DNA of 63,683 nucleotides, the filler included, from Parasitella parasitica NRRL 2501 (taxonomy: Eukaryota > Fungi > Mucoromycota): assembly GCA_025201805.1 (NCBI GenBank). It is 4 parts of 4 records of this genome, joined end to end, with 100 filler letters (N's around TTAATTAATTAA, not from the genome) between each part and the next. Parts side by side here need not be neighbours in the genome. Positions count along the whole stretch, not along the records: positions 34,838 to 58,446 come from MU619308.1; positions 58,547 to 63,683 come from MU619375.1; 2 more parts are not named here. The stretch is one strand, 5' to 3'. Position 1 is the first letter of the stretch. Each line of letters begins with the position of its first letter. The translations under genes and the position numbers were made by a program. Below, in pieces: positions 49,945-60,931 of this stretch. Below the pieces are notes generated by a model. It worked only from the letters and a program-made list of their open reading frames with translations. It ran no database searches and was not told where the DNA came from.

Positions 49945-51750
49945 TTAGTTGTAAACATCAGTACTCATCTCTTCCATTTGTTCTTCTGTCCCACCAAAGT
50001 TCATTTCAATGACAAGAGCTCCTAATTCAATGCTCAAACTCTTCAAAGACTTACATATAATAAGAATGGATGGCAAGCTGAGGACAGTTTGTGTGATATC
50101 TGCTCCCGAGATTTTTTCGCTGTGAGATGGAGTCCCTGGTATCAGAACATGATACTGGGTTTTTTGGTTGGACATGCACATTGTCAAGAGAACACTCTGA
50201 AATTCGGCGATGCTGATATAACTTTGTATCATTTCAAGCCTTTCTTTTATTGGCCCAGATGTATAATTACCAAATATTGAGTTGTTTGTGATTATAGAGA
50301 GCTTTTCGAGGCCTAAGTGAGATAGTCCTACAAGAAAGCTTCGGTTGTGGAAGCCAAAGAAGCAGGTGTTGAGAGTCAGCTCCTTCAGATTTGGAGCGAG
50401 AAAACCCAGTGTTGGCAAAACTCCTGCATCAAGTATAGCACCGCACATTTCTAAGCTAGTTAATCGGTCTAAAACCGAGATGTTGAGCTGCCAAGATGGA
50501 AGTTGAATAGAAGTGTCGGTAAACTTCAAACTTTCAATTTCTGGGACCACCTCGAGAAGTTCGAAAAACCTTACCGCCTCTTCTTCTTGATTCGTATCAA
50601 AGCAGCCTAGAAAATTAATGTCTAAGCGGTTAACTGAGTCAACTAGTCGTATAATTTCTCTGAAGATTGATTGTGGTACATTTTGGTCGATGTTGATATT
50701 GAATTCTGTGCTTTCATCGCTGACAGCCTTGTTTACATCAAATAACACCCCGGAACCAGGTTCGTAAGGATTTTGCTGAATCTTTAATTGATTCGTCTTA
50801 CTCTTCATCGCTGGTAGCAAACCATTGAATTCTTGCATATCTTGCATTTGCCACATGAATAATTCAACCAAGTTTACATCCTTGACTGCATCCAAAATGC
50901 GATTAGCAGAGCCATTATTTAGTGATGAAAAAGGCCCAATGACTGTTTTAGAGATTTGAGGATACTTGTGCATAACATATTCTACTATATGAGGTTCGTC
51001 TACTTCGCCTAGTTCAAATGTATGAAGAGTATGGAATTGGGGTATATTTTCCAAGAGCCATCGTTTAAATGCAGCTTTTCCAATTGGTTGATTGGCAGTT
51101 CCAACCAATTCAAACTGTAGAATCTGTAGAGAGCAGCATTTTCCAAGGATTCGCTCCAGTTCAACAAAGTAATCAGGCATGGCATGAAAGTTTAATGTGA
51201 GTTGAGTCAATTTGCTGAATTCATTCAGTCTTTTGAGGACAGGGTTTGCGGGCATTTCGTTTGATATTTCTAGTTTTTGCAGGGATTCCTTAAAATAAAG
51301 CATAGCACTATAATACCGATGGTCTACTTCAGTCAATAATTCCGGTAAAGCTTCAAGCTTGTTGCATTTCTTGGGTGAGCGTTCAACAATAGTCATAAAA
51401 TGATCAAATAGGTTTTGGCACATTCTGATATCCAATGTTCTAACGTTCGGATTCATTGCTAGATCCAGCAATTCCCTCAATAGTGGCAATCCCAAGGTAT
51501 CAGTTTTGGCTATACGTATTGACTTGATGCGCTGAACTTGGTCCGATTTTCTTGTTAAAAAGAGATTAAAGCTGGATATAGCGTCATGAGTCGAAAATTC
51601 TACGTCTTTTTCAAGGACTACTTCAGCAACAAGATGCTCCCATTGCGAGCAAACTAATCGACAATTGACTAGTTCGCTTGTTGATTTTAGTTGATTGAAT
51701 ATTACAATCCACAATTCCAAAGGTAAACTGCACCATGGAGAAGTTTCCAT
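49945..51750 (-). CDS. F-box protein with an LRR-like body, intronless, 601 aa
   Basis: WCSLPLELWIVIFNQL...LVNCRLVCSQWEHL F-box; repeated LxxLxL motifs. Confidence 0.85.
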   Translation of the reverse strand: METSPWCSLPLELWIVIFNQLKSTSELVNCRLVCSQWEHLVAEVVLEKDVEFSTHDAISSFNLFLTRKSDQVQRIKSIRIAKTDTLGLPLLRELLDLAMNPNVRTLDIRMCQNLFDHFMTIVERSPKKCNKLEALPELLTEVDHRYYSAMLYFKESLQKLEISNEMPANPVLKRLNEFSKLTQLTLNFHAMPDYFVELERILGKCCSLQILQFELVGTANQPIGKAAFKRWLLENIPQFHTLHTFELGEVDEPHIVEYVMHKYPQISKTVIGPFSSLNNGSANRILDAVKDVNLVELFMWQMQDMQEFNGLLPAMKSKTNQLKIQQNPYEPGSGVLFDVNKAVSDESTEFNINIDQNVPQSIFREIIRLVDSVNRLDINFLGCFDTNQEEEAVRFFELLEVVPEIESLKFTDTSIQLPSWQLNISVLDRLTSLEMCGAILDAGVLPTLGFLAPNLKELTLNTCFFGFHNRSFLVGLSHLGLEKLSIITNNSIFGNYTSGPIKERLEMIQSYISIAEFQSVLLTMCMSNQKTQYHVLIPGTPSHSEKISGADITQTVLSLPSILIICKSLKSLSIELGALVIEMNFGGTEEQMEEMSTDVYN

Positions 51751-53596
51751 TTTTGTAATATAAAAGAATCTTTCTGAATTTTTTTTTTCTGGCTAATTTA
51801 TATACGATCAAGCATATTTATGCAATGAAACCAGCTTGAAACTGGATTTGATCATCTCACCTTTGATTACTGCGTAAAATACCATCTCCTACATTGATAT
51901 TGGATATGGTGATCAATAACTTTCACAATGAGCTCATCTCGTGGTATCAAGTAACCACAAGTGTCAAACAGTTTTCGGCTCAATCTCAGATTTGTATAGA
52001 CAATGCCGCCATTGACTTCCGAGTTTCTTCTTCATTTGTATAAAAATGATCATCCGTGCGCTGCATCTTATAAAAAGTTAGGAGACAAAATAATTCACCC
52101 GCATGAAATATACATATGGCATCGAAAGCATATGAAAATGATACCATCGCCACTTGCACATGACGAAGCGTTCGCAATGAACAAAATTTATTAAGTGCTA
52201 GAAACAGTGTATTCTAAATTTGTAAATCATTAGTAAAATCTAAAAGCACAAAGATAGTTTGCTACGCAATTGGGGACATAGTATCTAGCTTTTTCTTTGG
52301 GATGAAAAAGAGAGAAACTATAAATTCATACAGATACTGTCAGGTTGAGAGCTGCTACAAGAGCATGTTCTCATGGTGTATGCGGGTAGTATTGTGTACT
52401 GGCATAGTTTCTGTTTGATGCATTATCCGTTCAGGAGTTGAATGTAGGTTTATTTATACCTAACATGGCATATCGTAGCGCGGGTACATTATATGGAGAG
52501 CATAAATTTGCATGGAAGTAATATTTTAACGCTGCCGCACAACGTTTTTTTCTATAAATGTGATATATAATACTTCCAAGCATCCCAAATTCAATTTTGA
52601 CTTGTATCACATGGGAGACATCATACAATTTGTATTTGTAGACAATAAATGGAACGGTTGGTAACTTTTTTTGTGCGCTTGTGGTATCTGTTCAAATCAT
52701 AAGATTAAATACGCCAACCGTAGTTATCCTGTCAAAAAATCGTAGTTATAAGGAAATATATACTGTACTCCAGGAATAAGCGACCATTAAAGAGAAAAAA
52801 CGAGGGGAAAATGGGACAAATAAAACTTAAATCGATTGCAGACGAAACTATGCTCAACACAGCGTGAAGGTGAGGTTAGTTTCCACTATGATTTTTGTTT
52901 CATAAGTACCAAATGATGTAAAAACAGCATAAATAATAAATCACAGGTTGCAAACAAATCATCACTGTTCCCCGCAATTGTCTGTTTTGCATTTCGTCAG
53001 AGTCTGCTTCATCAAGATATTGCGAGTGTCGAGTATTCAACTAAAAATATGTTGTTTGGCATTAATTGCCTTTAAAGCTGCTACAAGCAATGGATGAAAG
53101 GTCTTTAAACCACCATCTGCTAACCGAAAGCTAAATTACCTCAATCTGATTAGTTAAACGCTGAGCTGCTATAACATGAGGAGTTGTAAAAGTAACTCGA
53201 ATATCTGTAAATAGTAAACGCTCTTTACTTTGTCAATGTACAAAACCAAGTAGTTTAATGTAAGAATTGTATGTTCTATAAAGTCGCTGAATTTTAGTTC
53301 GCTTGGGGGAGGGTATCCCTCCCCTAAACCACCTTTCTCCTGCTGGAGGATTCTCCCCCTTTAGAAAAATTATGCATCATGGCGAAAAATATTGACTGGA
53401 ATGTCCATGGCGGTGATCAGTTTTTTCATATTATTAAAACTTACACCAGTATTGTACAAGTCTTTCGATTTACGTATATTGAGTGTGAAGGTTAAACAAA
53501 AAGTAAAAAAGAAAAAGTATGCCAAAAAAGGGTGTATTTGTTACTGTACCTGATGCAATGGAACGGTATAGCTAACAGCGCATAGCTGGAAAATTA

Positions 53597-55452
53597 CTGT
53601 GCTTCCGCCCACTTTTTTGACCAAAAATTTGAGACTAATATTGAGTTGATAGAACAGAGTGTACAGCTTAAAATATCGCCTTTTTTAGCTTGAGCATATC
53701 CAATTTTGAGAAATTCAAGCTTTTTCGCCCGAATTCCAACATTATTTACTCTGTTTAGAGAGCTTTTATTTTAAATAAAAATTCGTTATAATTTATTTCA
53801 TGCTTTGTTTCATACGCACATATTTTACTGAAGCGTTTACGTATTTTAAAAAATGAGATGTGCTAGCTTAACACCGACATCTTCAAAGCCAACAAACTGG
53901 GAATTGAATTGAAAAAACCAACCAAAGCATTTGTTAACTCCAATCCTCCTTGTTTTTATGTGTTTTGCTTTATTCTTGAGTACCTTCTTCAGTAGTGCAT
54001 TTTGGAAAACTATTAATTGAGTGTTGAATAAATTTTTGGAAATGCTCAACAGGAACATCTTCGCTACCCTCATTAACTCTGGAAGTGAGAGTTTCAACAT
54101 CACTAGGCTTGCCTCTTTTGACTTGTCCTTTGAAACTTTTCAAAATATTTCGACAGGATTCAGCTCAAGCGAGTTAGGCGGTAAATATACAGATATATAT
54201 CCTCTTTCTTTGATGATAGGGTCAATAAATCCCGGGGTATGGATGGGAGCATTGTCCATTACAATATGGAAGCCTTTCAGGCTGGGAAATTCATCCATGA
54301 CATCCAATGCATCACTGATAAACTGTATGTAATGTCCAGCTGTAGTGCCTTTGGGAATAGCTGAGGCTGCATCTCCAAGGACTTTACGTTTTGTAGCGCC
54401 AACAACTTTTTTTTTTTTTGACATTTCCTAATTCTTTCATATTTACATTTACTACACCAAATGCTGAAATAGCACCGATAACTGTATGAGAAACTCCCCT
54501 CACAGAGGGTGACTCAATGACTGCCTCAGTATCATGTTTCGAATAAGCCCTTGAACAACGCATATTAATGTCAAAACCTGCCTCATCAATAAAGACACAG
54601 TTTTGCATAAAAAGCACGGGGCTCCAAAGTTGTTTTGCTATTTCTAGAATTAGGATGGCGAAGAACAACTTTTATGCTCGGGTTGCAATCTTCTCTAAGG
54701 AACTCAGCAACTCTACTCTTCTTAACTTTTAAGCCTTCGAAGCTTCTCGTTAATTCTTCCACTGCGACTTGGATAACTGCAGATGGGTTTTCGTCAAATA
54801 AGGAGGTGATATCTTTCTTCTAGCTCTCGTTTAGCTTATTTGTATGACATTTGGAAGTGCGGTTTGTTTTTTCAAGAGGGGTGTTGTGCTTTGGATCTTT
54901 TTTGTAAACTGCTTTCTATTTTCGAGCAGTTTTATAATTAACATTGGCCAGTTTCGCAGCTTCTACTGGTTGCTTAAATTTCTCCTGAATAAAAAAGAAA
55001 TATCGCAATCGATCTTCGGTTGTGTAAACATTGAAATTTTATAACCTTTCCTTTTTTTTGTGGTTGCTTCTTAATATCGTGTCTTGCGGTTCTTCCTCGA
55101 CTATTATTTTTTTATTTTCGATATATTTATGCAGGTTTGTCAAGCTTGCCAGTCTGAATGACGGGTTTACAATAAAAGCAGCTGCTTCATTGCCAGATTT
55201 GTCTACTATTCCGTCTCTACAGTCTTCGTGAAAGAAATTCATTTGAAAAATTTAATAAGAGTTGAAAAGCTGATCAACTTAGTATTAAAATTCGATCAAT
55301 TTATTTACATAGAATTGGTTGAATTACTTTCAAAGATCTGGTCAAATTAATCTCTAAATTTTTGGGGAATTTAGTCGAACACAAATGTCCAAAATAATTT
55401 AAAAAAAGGGCAGAGTTTTCAAAAGTTCGGTTAATTCGGAGTGGAAGCACAG
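53597..55452 (-). mobile_element. IS630/Tc1-like transposon, about 1.86 kb, with a degenerate transposase
   Basis: TA|CTGTGCTTCC ... GGAAGCACAG|TA; CVFIDEAGFDINM, IVMDNAPIH and YLPPNSLELNPVE lie in broken frames. Confidence 0.88.
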
Positions 55453-56615
55453 TAAGGCCCAAATGTCACGCACAGTCAATTCATGCCATTCGAGTTCGCA
55501 TGAGATACAATTTTGAGATCTTGTTGTAAAATACATTCGCTATAACGATCTGCATTCCACTTCTTAAATTGACATAGACTACATTTGTGCCAAGTTAAAA
55601 AGATGTACAATACAGATTTATACTATATAAGATATAGGCTAGAGATGGCACCATTAGGATGGATGACGCTATAGACCTATGCTAATATCTCGATATGACC
55701 CTAGACATGTGCTAGATTTATGCTTCAGATACGCAGTTTCCAAATACGCACTACAAGACTTATACTTATATCCATGATCTGTCTACAGATACATTATGCA
55801 CTAAAGACTTGTACAATATCTGTAATTCTATAGATATGCTCATGACATGCTATAGACATGCTACATGTACGAATATATGCTAAGATGAATACCAAGTGAT
55901 ATATACACTTTAACATTTACTATTAACATAGACTAAATAAGGCTATACTAGAGATGATATACGCTCATGGATCGATATCAATAATCTTCGTATGGAAGAT
56001 TGATCAGAGTACGTCGGGTGAAGACTATATCTACTCACTCAGATAGATCTATAAGTTTTCTTTAGTCTGCTGAGATGTCGGTTAGCACAAATTTAAGATG
56101 CTAATTAATCAGAATCATTGTGCACGTTAAATTACGAAAATAGAACATTCATCCATAGCTTGAGTATATGAAGGTTCATCTACCTGGGAAGTAAATGAAC
56201 TGGAGCTTTATACACCTGTCGATTTGATATTACAACCTATATCTTTATCAATTTGACATTTATTGTTTTTTATTTTATTTTTTTCAGTGAATCTATATAA
56301 CATTGTGTATTGTTTCCACACTTATCAATAAATGCCGCGTGAAGGAAAACACTCCTGATCAAAGTGCTTTTCCTTACACAATAAACATTTAGAATGAATA
56401 GTATGGCAGCAGCTCGTCAATCAATGAGTTTTTCCCACCGTTCTAGATAAAGATATCTTTCACACAATAACTAAAACATGACGATAGCCATCCTCACACG
56501 GCCAACTAATGTTAGGCAAATCTCTATTGATAGTAAAAGCAATATAGCATGCTTTGCTTCTGTTTAAAATCTAAATTAAACAACGACAAGTTAACGCATT
56601 GACTCTCGGATCAAT

Positions 56616-56940
56616 GCTGATATGTGCAAGTAGCTGTTGTGTAGATTTTTGGTTACACATCTTTATATAGGAATCGATCGATCTTACTGCAGGTTGCATA
56701 TGCTTTGCCTAAGTCAACATTGTAGATGATAAACAGCCTTTTTCTCTCGTAAACTTAACTTTAAATTATTTCACATACATTTCTCTTTAGCGTATATTGA
56801 TTTATATTACAGAGAAAACTAGTTCTTTTATACAAATTTAATATATTATTGAAGAGTATCGTTTTGTTTTTACAGTCGGCAAACATACTATCTGACAACT
56901 TATAATATTATACATAATAGATACATTCTTGTATAGTAAC
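56616..56940 (+). repeat. Dispersed repeat; inverted copy split between 61605-61685 and 62527-62738
   Basis: CTGATATGTGCAAGTAGCTG, GATCGATCTTACTGCA, TTTTCTCTCGTAAACTTAACTTTA and TTTTTACAGTCGGCAAACATACTATCTG all recur in reverse complement. Confidence 0.8.
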
Positions 56941-57581
56941 TACTACTCGTACATATCAATGCTCCATTCATCAAAACTGATAAACGACAATTTTTTAGAT
57001 CCTATGGAAATACTAGCATGTTTTTCTCTAGATAAAACCTCGGTATATTTTTATAATAAAGAACCTCAAACTTGACTATAATTGTAATGTTACAACGCTT
57101 TTATTTTTATAATTTTTTATTTTCGTAAATCTTTCAAATTTACTGCAGACATGTGTTGGGTTTATATTTTTGAAGCATTTTTAGACGATTAGCTGTTGCA
57201 TCAATGTTTTATAATCTATATGCTGTTCTAGCTCTGTTGAAAAACAGTAGTATTTGCAAAGAGGTAATGAGTATTTTGTTATATTATGACCAAAAACCAG
57301 GCCGTTCGAAATGATTTTAGTGTTTATCGCAACAGTAACTTGCCAATACATCAAAAATTGAAAAAGCAAGACTATTTATTTGGAATATGAAAAGGTGCTT
57401 TTGAAGTGTAATAATGTATATTGTTTGCTGCAGAATTTAAAGGCTGAAAAAAAAATTTTTAGCAAACATATGCAATGTTATATACGTATTATTTTTGAAG
57501 GTATTAGTTCATAAAAAGTAGGGATGTGCACAAGTTGCAATGGCAACATATTCTGAGCATGAATTTACTACAGTGATTATA

Positions 57582-57745
57582 CAGTCGACGAAACTAAGTT
57601 GGGCCAGTAAGAAAAAATTTGGGTCATTTTAAAATTGAATTTGGACGTCGCAATGAAAGTGAGACAGCAACATGAAATTGGGACGCCAGTATGAAAATGG
57701 AACAGCAATAAGTAGAAGAGGACATATTAATTTTTGGACCAATCA
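57582..57745 (-). mobile_element. Transposon end downstream of Fanzor, with a TA junction and about 20-bp-spaced subterminal repeats
   Basis: TA|CAGTCGACGAAACTAAGTTGG versus the reverse complement of the 13343 end, CAGTCGACGAAAAAAGGTTGG; shared ATTTTCATACTG; periodic GGGAC-like motifs. Confidence 0.7.
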
Positions 57746-57759
57746 AACTTTTTTTTTTT

Positions 57760-57866
57760 TTCAATAGGCCAACTTATTACCCGTAAATAAGGGGTGTCTT
57801 GCTGTTATGCAAGACATAGTATATTGCTTAAGCTATTTTTGTGCAAACGATAATAATGATATTAGT
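57760..57866 (-). ncRNA. Candidate Fanzor omegaRNA scaffold (boundaries uncertain)
   Basis: Immediately 3' of the Fanzor ORF: stem TGTCTTGC-N6-GCAAGACA (57795-57816) and a second stem at 57773-57791. Confidence 0.4.
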
Positions 57867-58446
57867 CTATGAAATAATCAAATCCATATTAATATCATGA
57901 TAGCATATCTCCTGAAACTCTTCCGGCCGGTTGTTGTTGTTGGCGGCCATATACAAGAAGATTGAGCGTACATTGAGACTTGCCATATAATCTCTGTTCC
58001 ATCGAGTGTGACATGTGTTGCAGCTGAGAACTGGATGGATATTAAAATTGGCATTGTCTCGTTCATTAGTAGTACTTCGTAGGTGGCATCTGGGGCATAT
58101 TTGACTTGTCAGTTACTCGTCTCAATCATAACCACGTACTTTCTTGAATTTGGTCGGTTCCGTCTGATCGACTTGACGTAATTTAGCAAGGCTTTTCTGA
58201 ACACTTTTGTTGGAGAGGGTACATTCCCACGATGTCCATCGAAGAGAGCAGAGCCAAACGCCACCACTGTAGGTCTTTCAGCCTCACCAGCATTGTCTCT
58301 AGGGGCTAGCGGTTTCCCCATTTGTTGATTTGCTTGCTGTATATCAGGATTGTCTTCTTGATATTTTCTGCTACCTGTAAACAAACGCTTGCACATTTCG
58401 GTCAATGCCTTTTGCTTATTCCTATAGCTGTGGTATTTGAGTTTTT
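57867..58446 (-). pseudogene. Fanzor (TnpB/Cas12-like RuvC nuclease), C-terminal half; 5' part lost in a gap
   Basis: KLKYHSYRNKQKALTEMCKRL...TVVAFGSALF..G..PSPTKVFRKAL...VVMI[frameshift]DE*LTSQICPRCH...IHPVLSCNTCHTRWNRDYMASLNVRSIF...RPEEF. Confidence 0.88.
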
Positions 58447-58712
58447 NNNNNNNNNNNNNNNNNNNNNNNNNNNNNNNNNNNNNNNNNNNNTTAATTAATT
58501 AANNNNNNNNNNNNNNNNNNNNNNNNNNNNNNNNNNNNNNNNNNNNTTTATGTTTTTTTTTGTTTCGGTAAGAGCAAAACATTTTGACTTTTTATAGCTG
58601 TTGCCTATTTAGTAAACTGCAAATCTCTTAATTTGAAGCTAAACTTGAAATAACCTGAGTTTACATTGCCAAATAATTCACCAAATAGTTCGCATACGTG
58701 TTTTTAACATCC

Positions 58713-58823
58713 CAAAATCGTTACACATGTGTAACGATTTTGTAACGATTTTGCTAACTATGCATAATTAACAAAATCGTTACAAAATAATTTTCTTGTA
58801 TAATTATGACTTTCTGCCCAGTG
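58713..58823. repeat. 30-bp perfect palindrome plus extra CAAAATCGTTAC copies, ending in a TIR-like CTGCCCAGTG|TA
   Basis: CAAAATCGTTACACATGTGTAACGATTTTG at 58713-58742; motif repeated at 58742-58753 and 58772-58783. Confidence 0.7.
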
Positions 58824-60760
58824 TACACTGTATCTCAACTATCCATTCATATTATAAAGACATACGCAAGGTAACTATTCAAATTGTGCTGTGCTCTTCT
58901 ATTTTTGGAGTAGGTGAAGCTACACTCATTTACAGGGAAAAAAAAAAAAGGGCTGTAGATTGAATCTCAGCATTATGTTTACATTTGACCCAAATCAGTT
59001 TCGAATTTTTTTTGCATAGTTCATTGCTAGATATCTCATAAACGCAATATGTATATCGGATATGCGTACTAAGTGTTTTATAACAGAAAATAAATTCTGC
59101 ATCCAACCATATAGATTACAAGGCTATGCAAACACTTTTTGTTATTACCGATTTTCAAATATTCAAAAAACGCCCTTTTTGATAGTTTTTGAGTAAAATC
59201 AAGCATATTTTGAGCATATTTAGCTCTATAAAGTTGACCAAACAAACCATCATGTCAATACCTACAAATCAATATTTTGTATACAACTGTGGCTTTATTT
59301 TTTCTGCCAAAAATCAAAGTCTTGTCTCGAACAAAATGAATCTACGATTTTCCGGCCCTAGGCTTATAGGGCGAGAATGGAGCCATTCAAAAGGTTAAAA
59401 ACGATCCTGTTTTTAGCAATTATCTCGCTTAAAAATTGATATTTTTTAACCAAACAAAAACCATTCGGTAGCTATTTTGCAGATTTATGTTTGCATTGCT
59501 ATATCATGTATTTTTAAAAAATATTGATTGCTTGAAAGTTATAAAAATAAATCAAACCTCTGCCAAAAACATACGAAAATTTTTTTTTCGACATATATAC
59601 CTAAAAACTAACACATCTAGTAGAGAATCAAGTTTCAAAAAGATCTTAATAATATATCGAACCAAAATGTCTTGGTAGTTTCTTGAGAAACAAGATGACA
59701 AAGTTTAGCGTAAAAAGACAAAATTGGCTCAAGCTTGTCTAATACAAGCTTTACTACAATATGTTTATTACCAGTAGGTGTACCAAAAGTTGCGTTATTA
59801 TTTTACTTAGGAACTTGAACATGATTTAATTGCAAAATTTGGTACTTGTTATAGGATCATATGCTGTAAAATTTGCAAAATCTGCAAAATTCGGTTTTGG
59901 GAATATCTTGACAGCAAAGATAGATATCGAGAATCGGAAGACGTATTTAGGTACAGTTATCATACCATTACTTGGACGTATACTTGGCTTGGACCCCAAA
60001 TCCGTACCTGAAAATGACCCTGAAGGTTGACCCAAAGTTGAAAACTGAAAATCGAATATGAGGTTTGGGGTCCAAACATAGCAAAACATGAAAAATAGCC
60101 AGATGCGCATGAGACTTGGATATGTTGTAAATTGCTGAAAAAAAAGAAGATTTTGGCTGAAGATTGTATCTCAATCGCTTAATAGTTTGTAAAGATATCA
60201 GAGATTGTAGATTATTTTTTTAAGCGGGCAAAAAGGTGATGGTCATGATTAGGTGGCATTTATTTTAGTCAAATCATAAAGCTACATAAAAAATAGCTTT
60301 TCAAGTCATATTTTACAGCATCTTGGCTATTGATTCATACTTATATACATAACCAGAGTGCTTATACAGTTGATGTTTTGCTCCTAAATTGAAGTAGGTG
60401 CTTTATTGCTAAAAGCCTTGTTTATTCGCATTGGTAAATTCAAGCTCAGAATTATATTGCCATTGCAACTTGCGTACATCCCCAAGTTTCATTCCTTAAC
60501 ATTCTTAAAACCAATAAGTATAACAACGTTGCTGTTTATACAGCAGTGTTCTCCAAATTGTTGCGACTTTTATAAAAAGAAATGAGACTATTTTCTTGAA
60601 AAATTGAGAAAAAAGTGGGAGAAATTGAGACAAATGAATTGGACAAATTGAGACACCTTGGTAATGTATTTGAAAAGGAGAAATGATTCAAAAGCTTTAG
60701 CGTTATGCCGTAATGAAGCGCCACAATTCACTAATAAGGATTTCATCTAAAGCATATTTT

Positions 60761-60931
60761 TATATCAATAATATGGCAAGGTCTCACATCAGTCCCAGGG
60801 TCTTACAGTAAATCATGGGTAGTCATGATTTATATTATGCAGCTAGACAGTAGAACCCTAGTGTAATGATTGTGTATATAATACATTGAGGAGAGATGTA
60901 TTATGAATAAAAGTGTAATTCTTTGGCAGAT
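60761..60931 (-). repeat. Inverted copy of the 34838-35019 repeat
   Basis: Direct sequence match. Confidence 0.85.
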
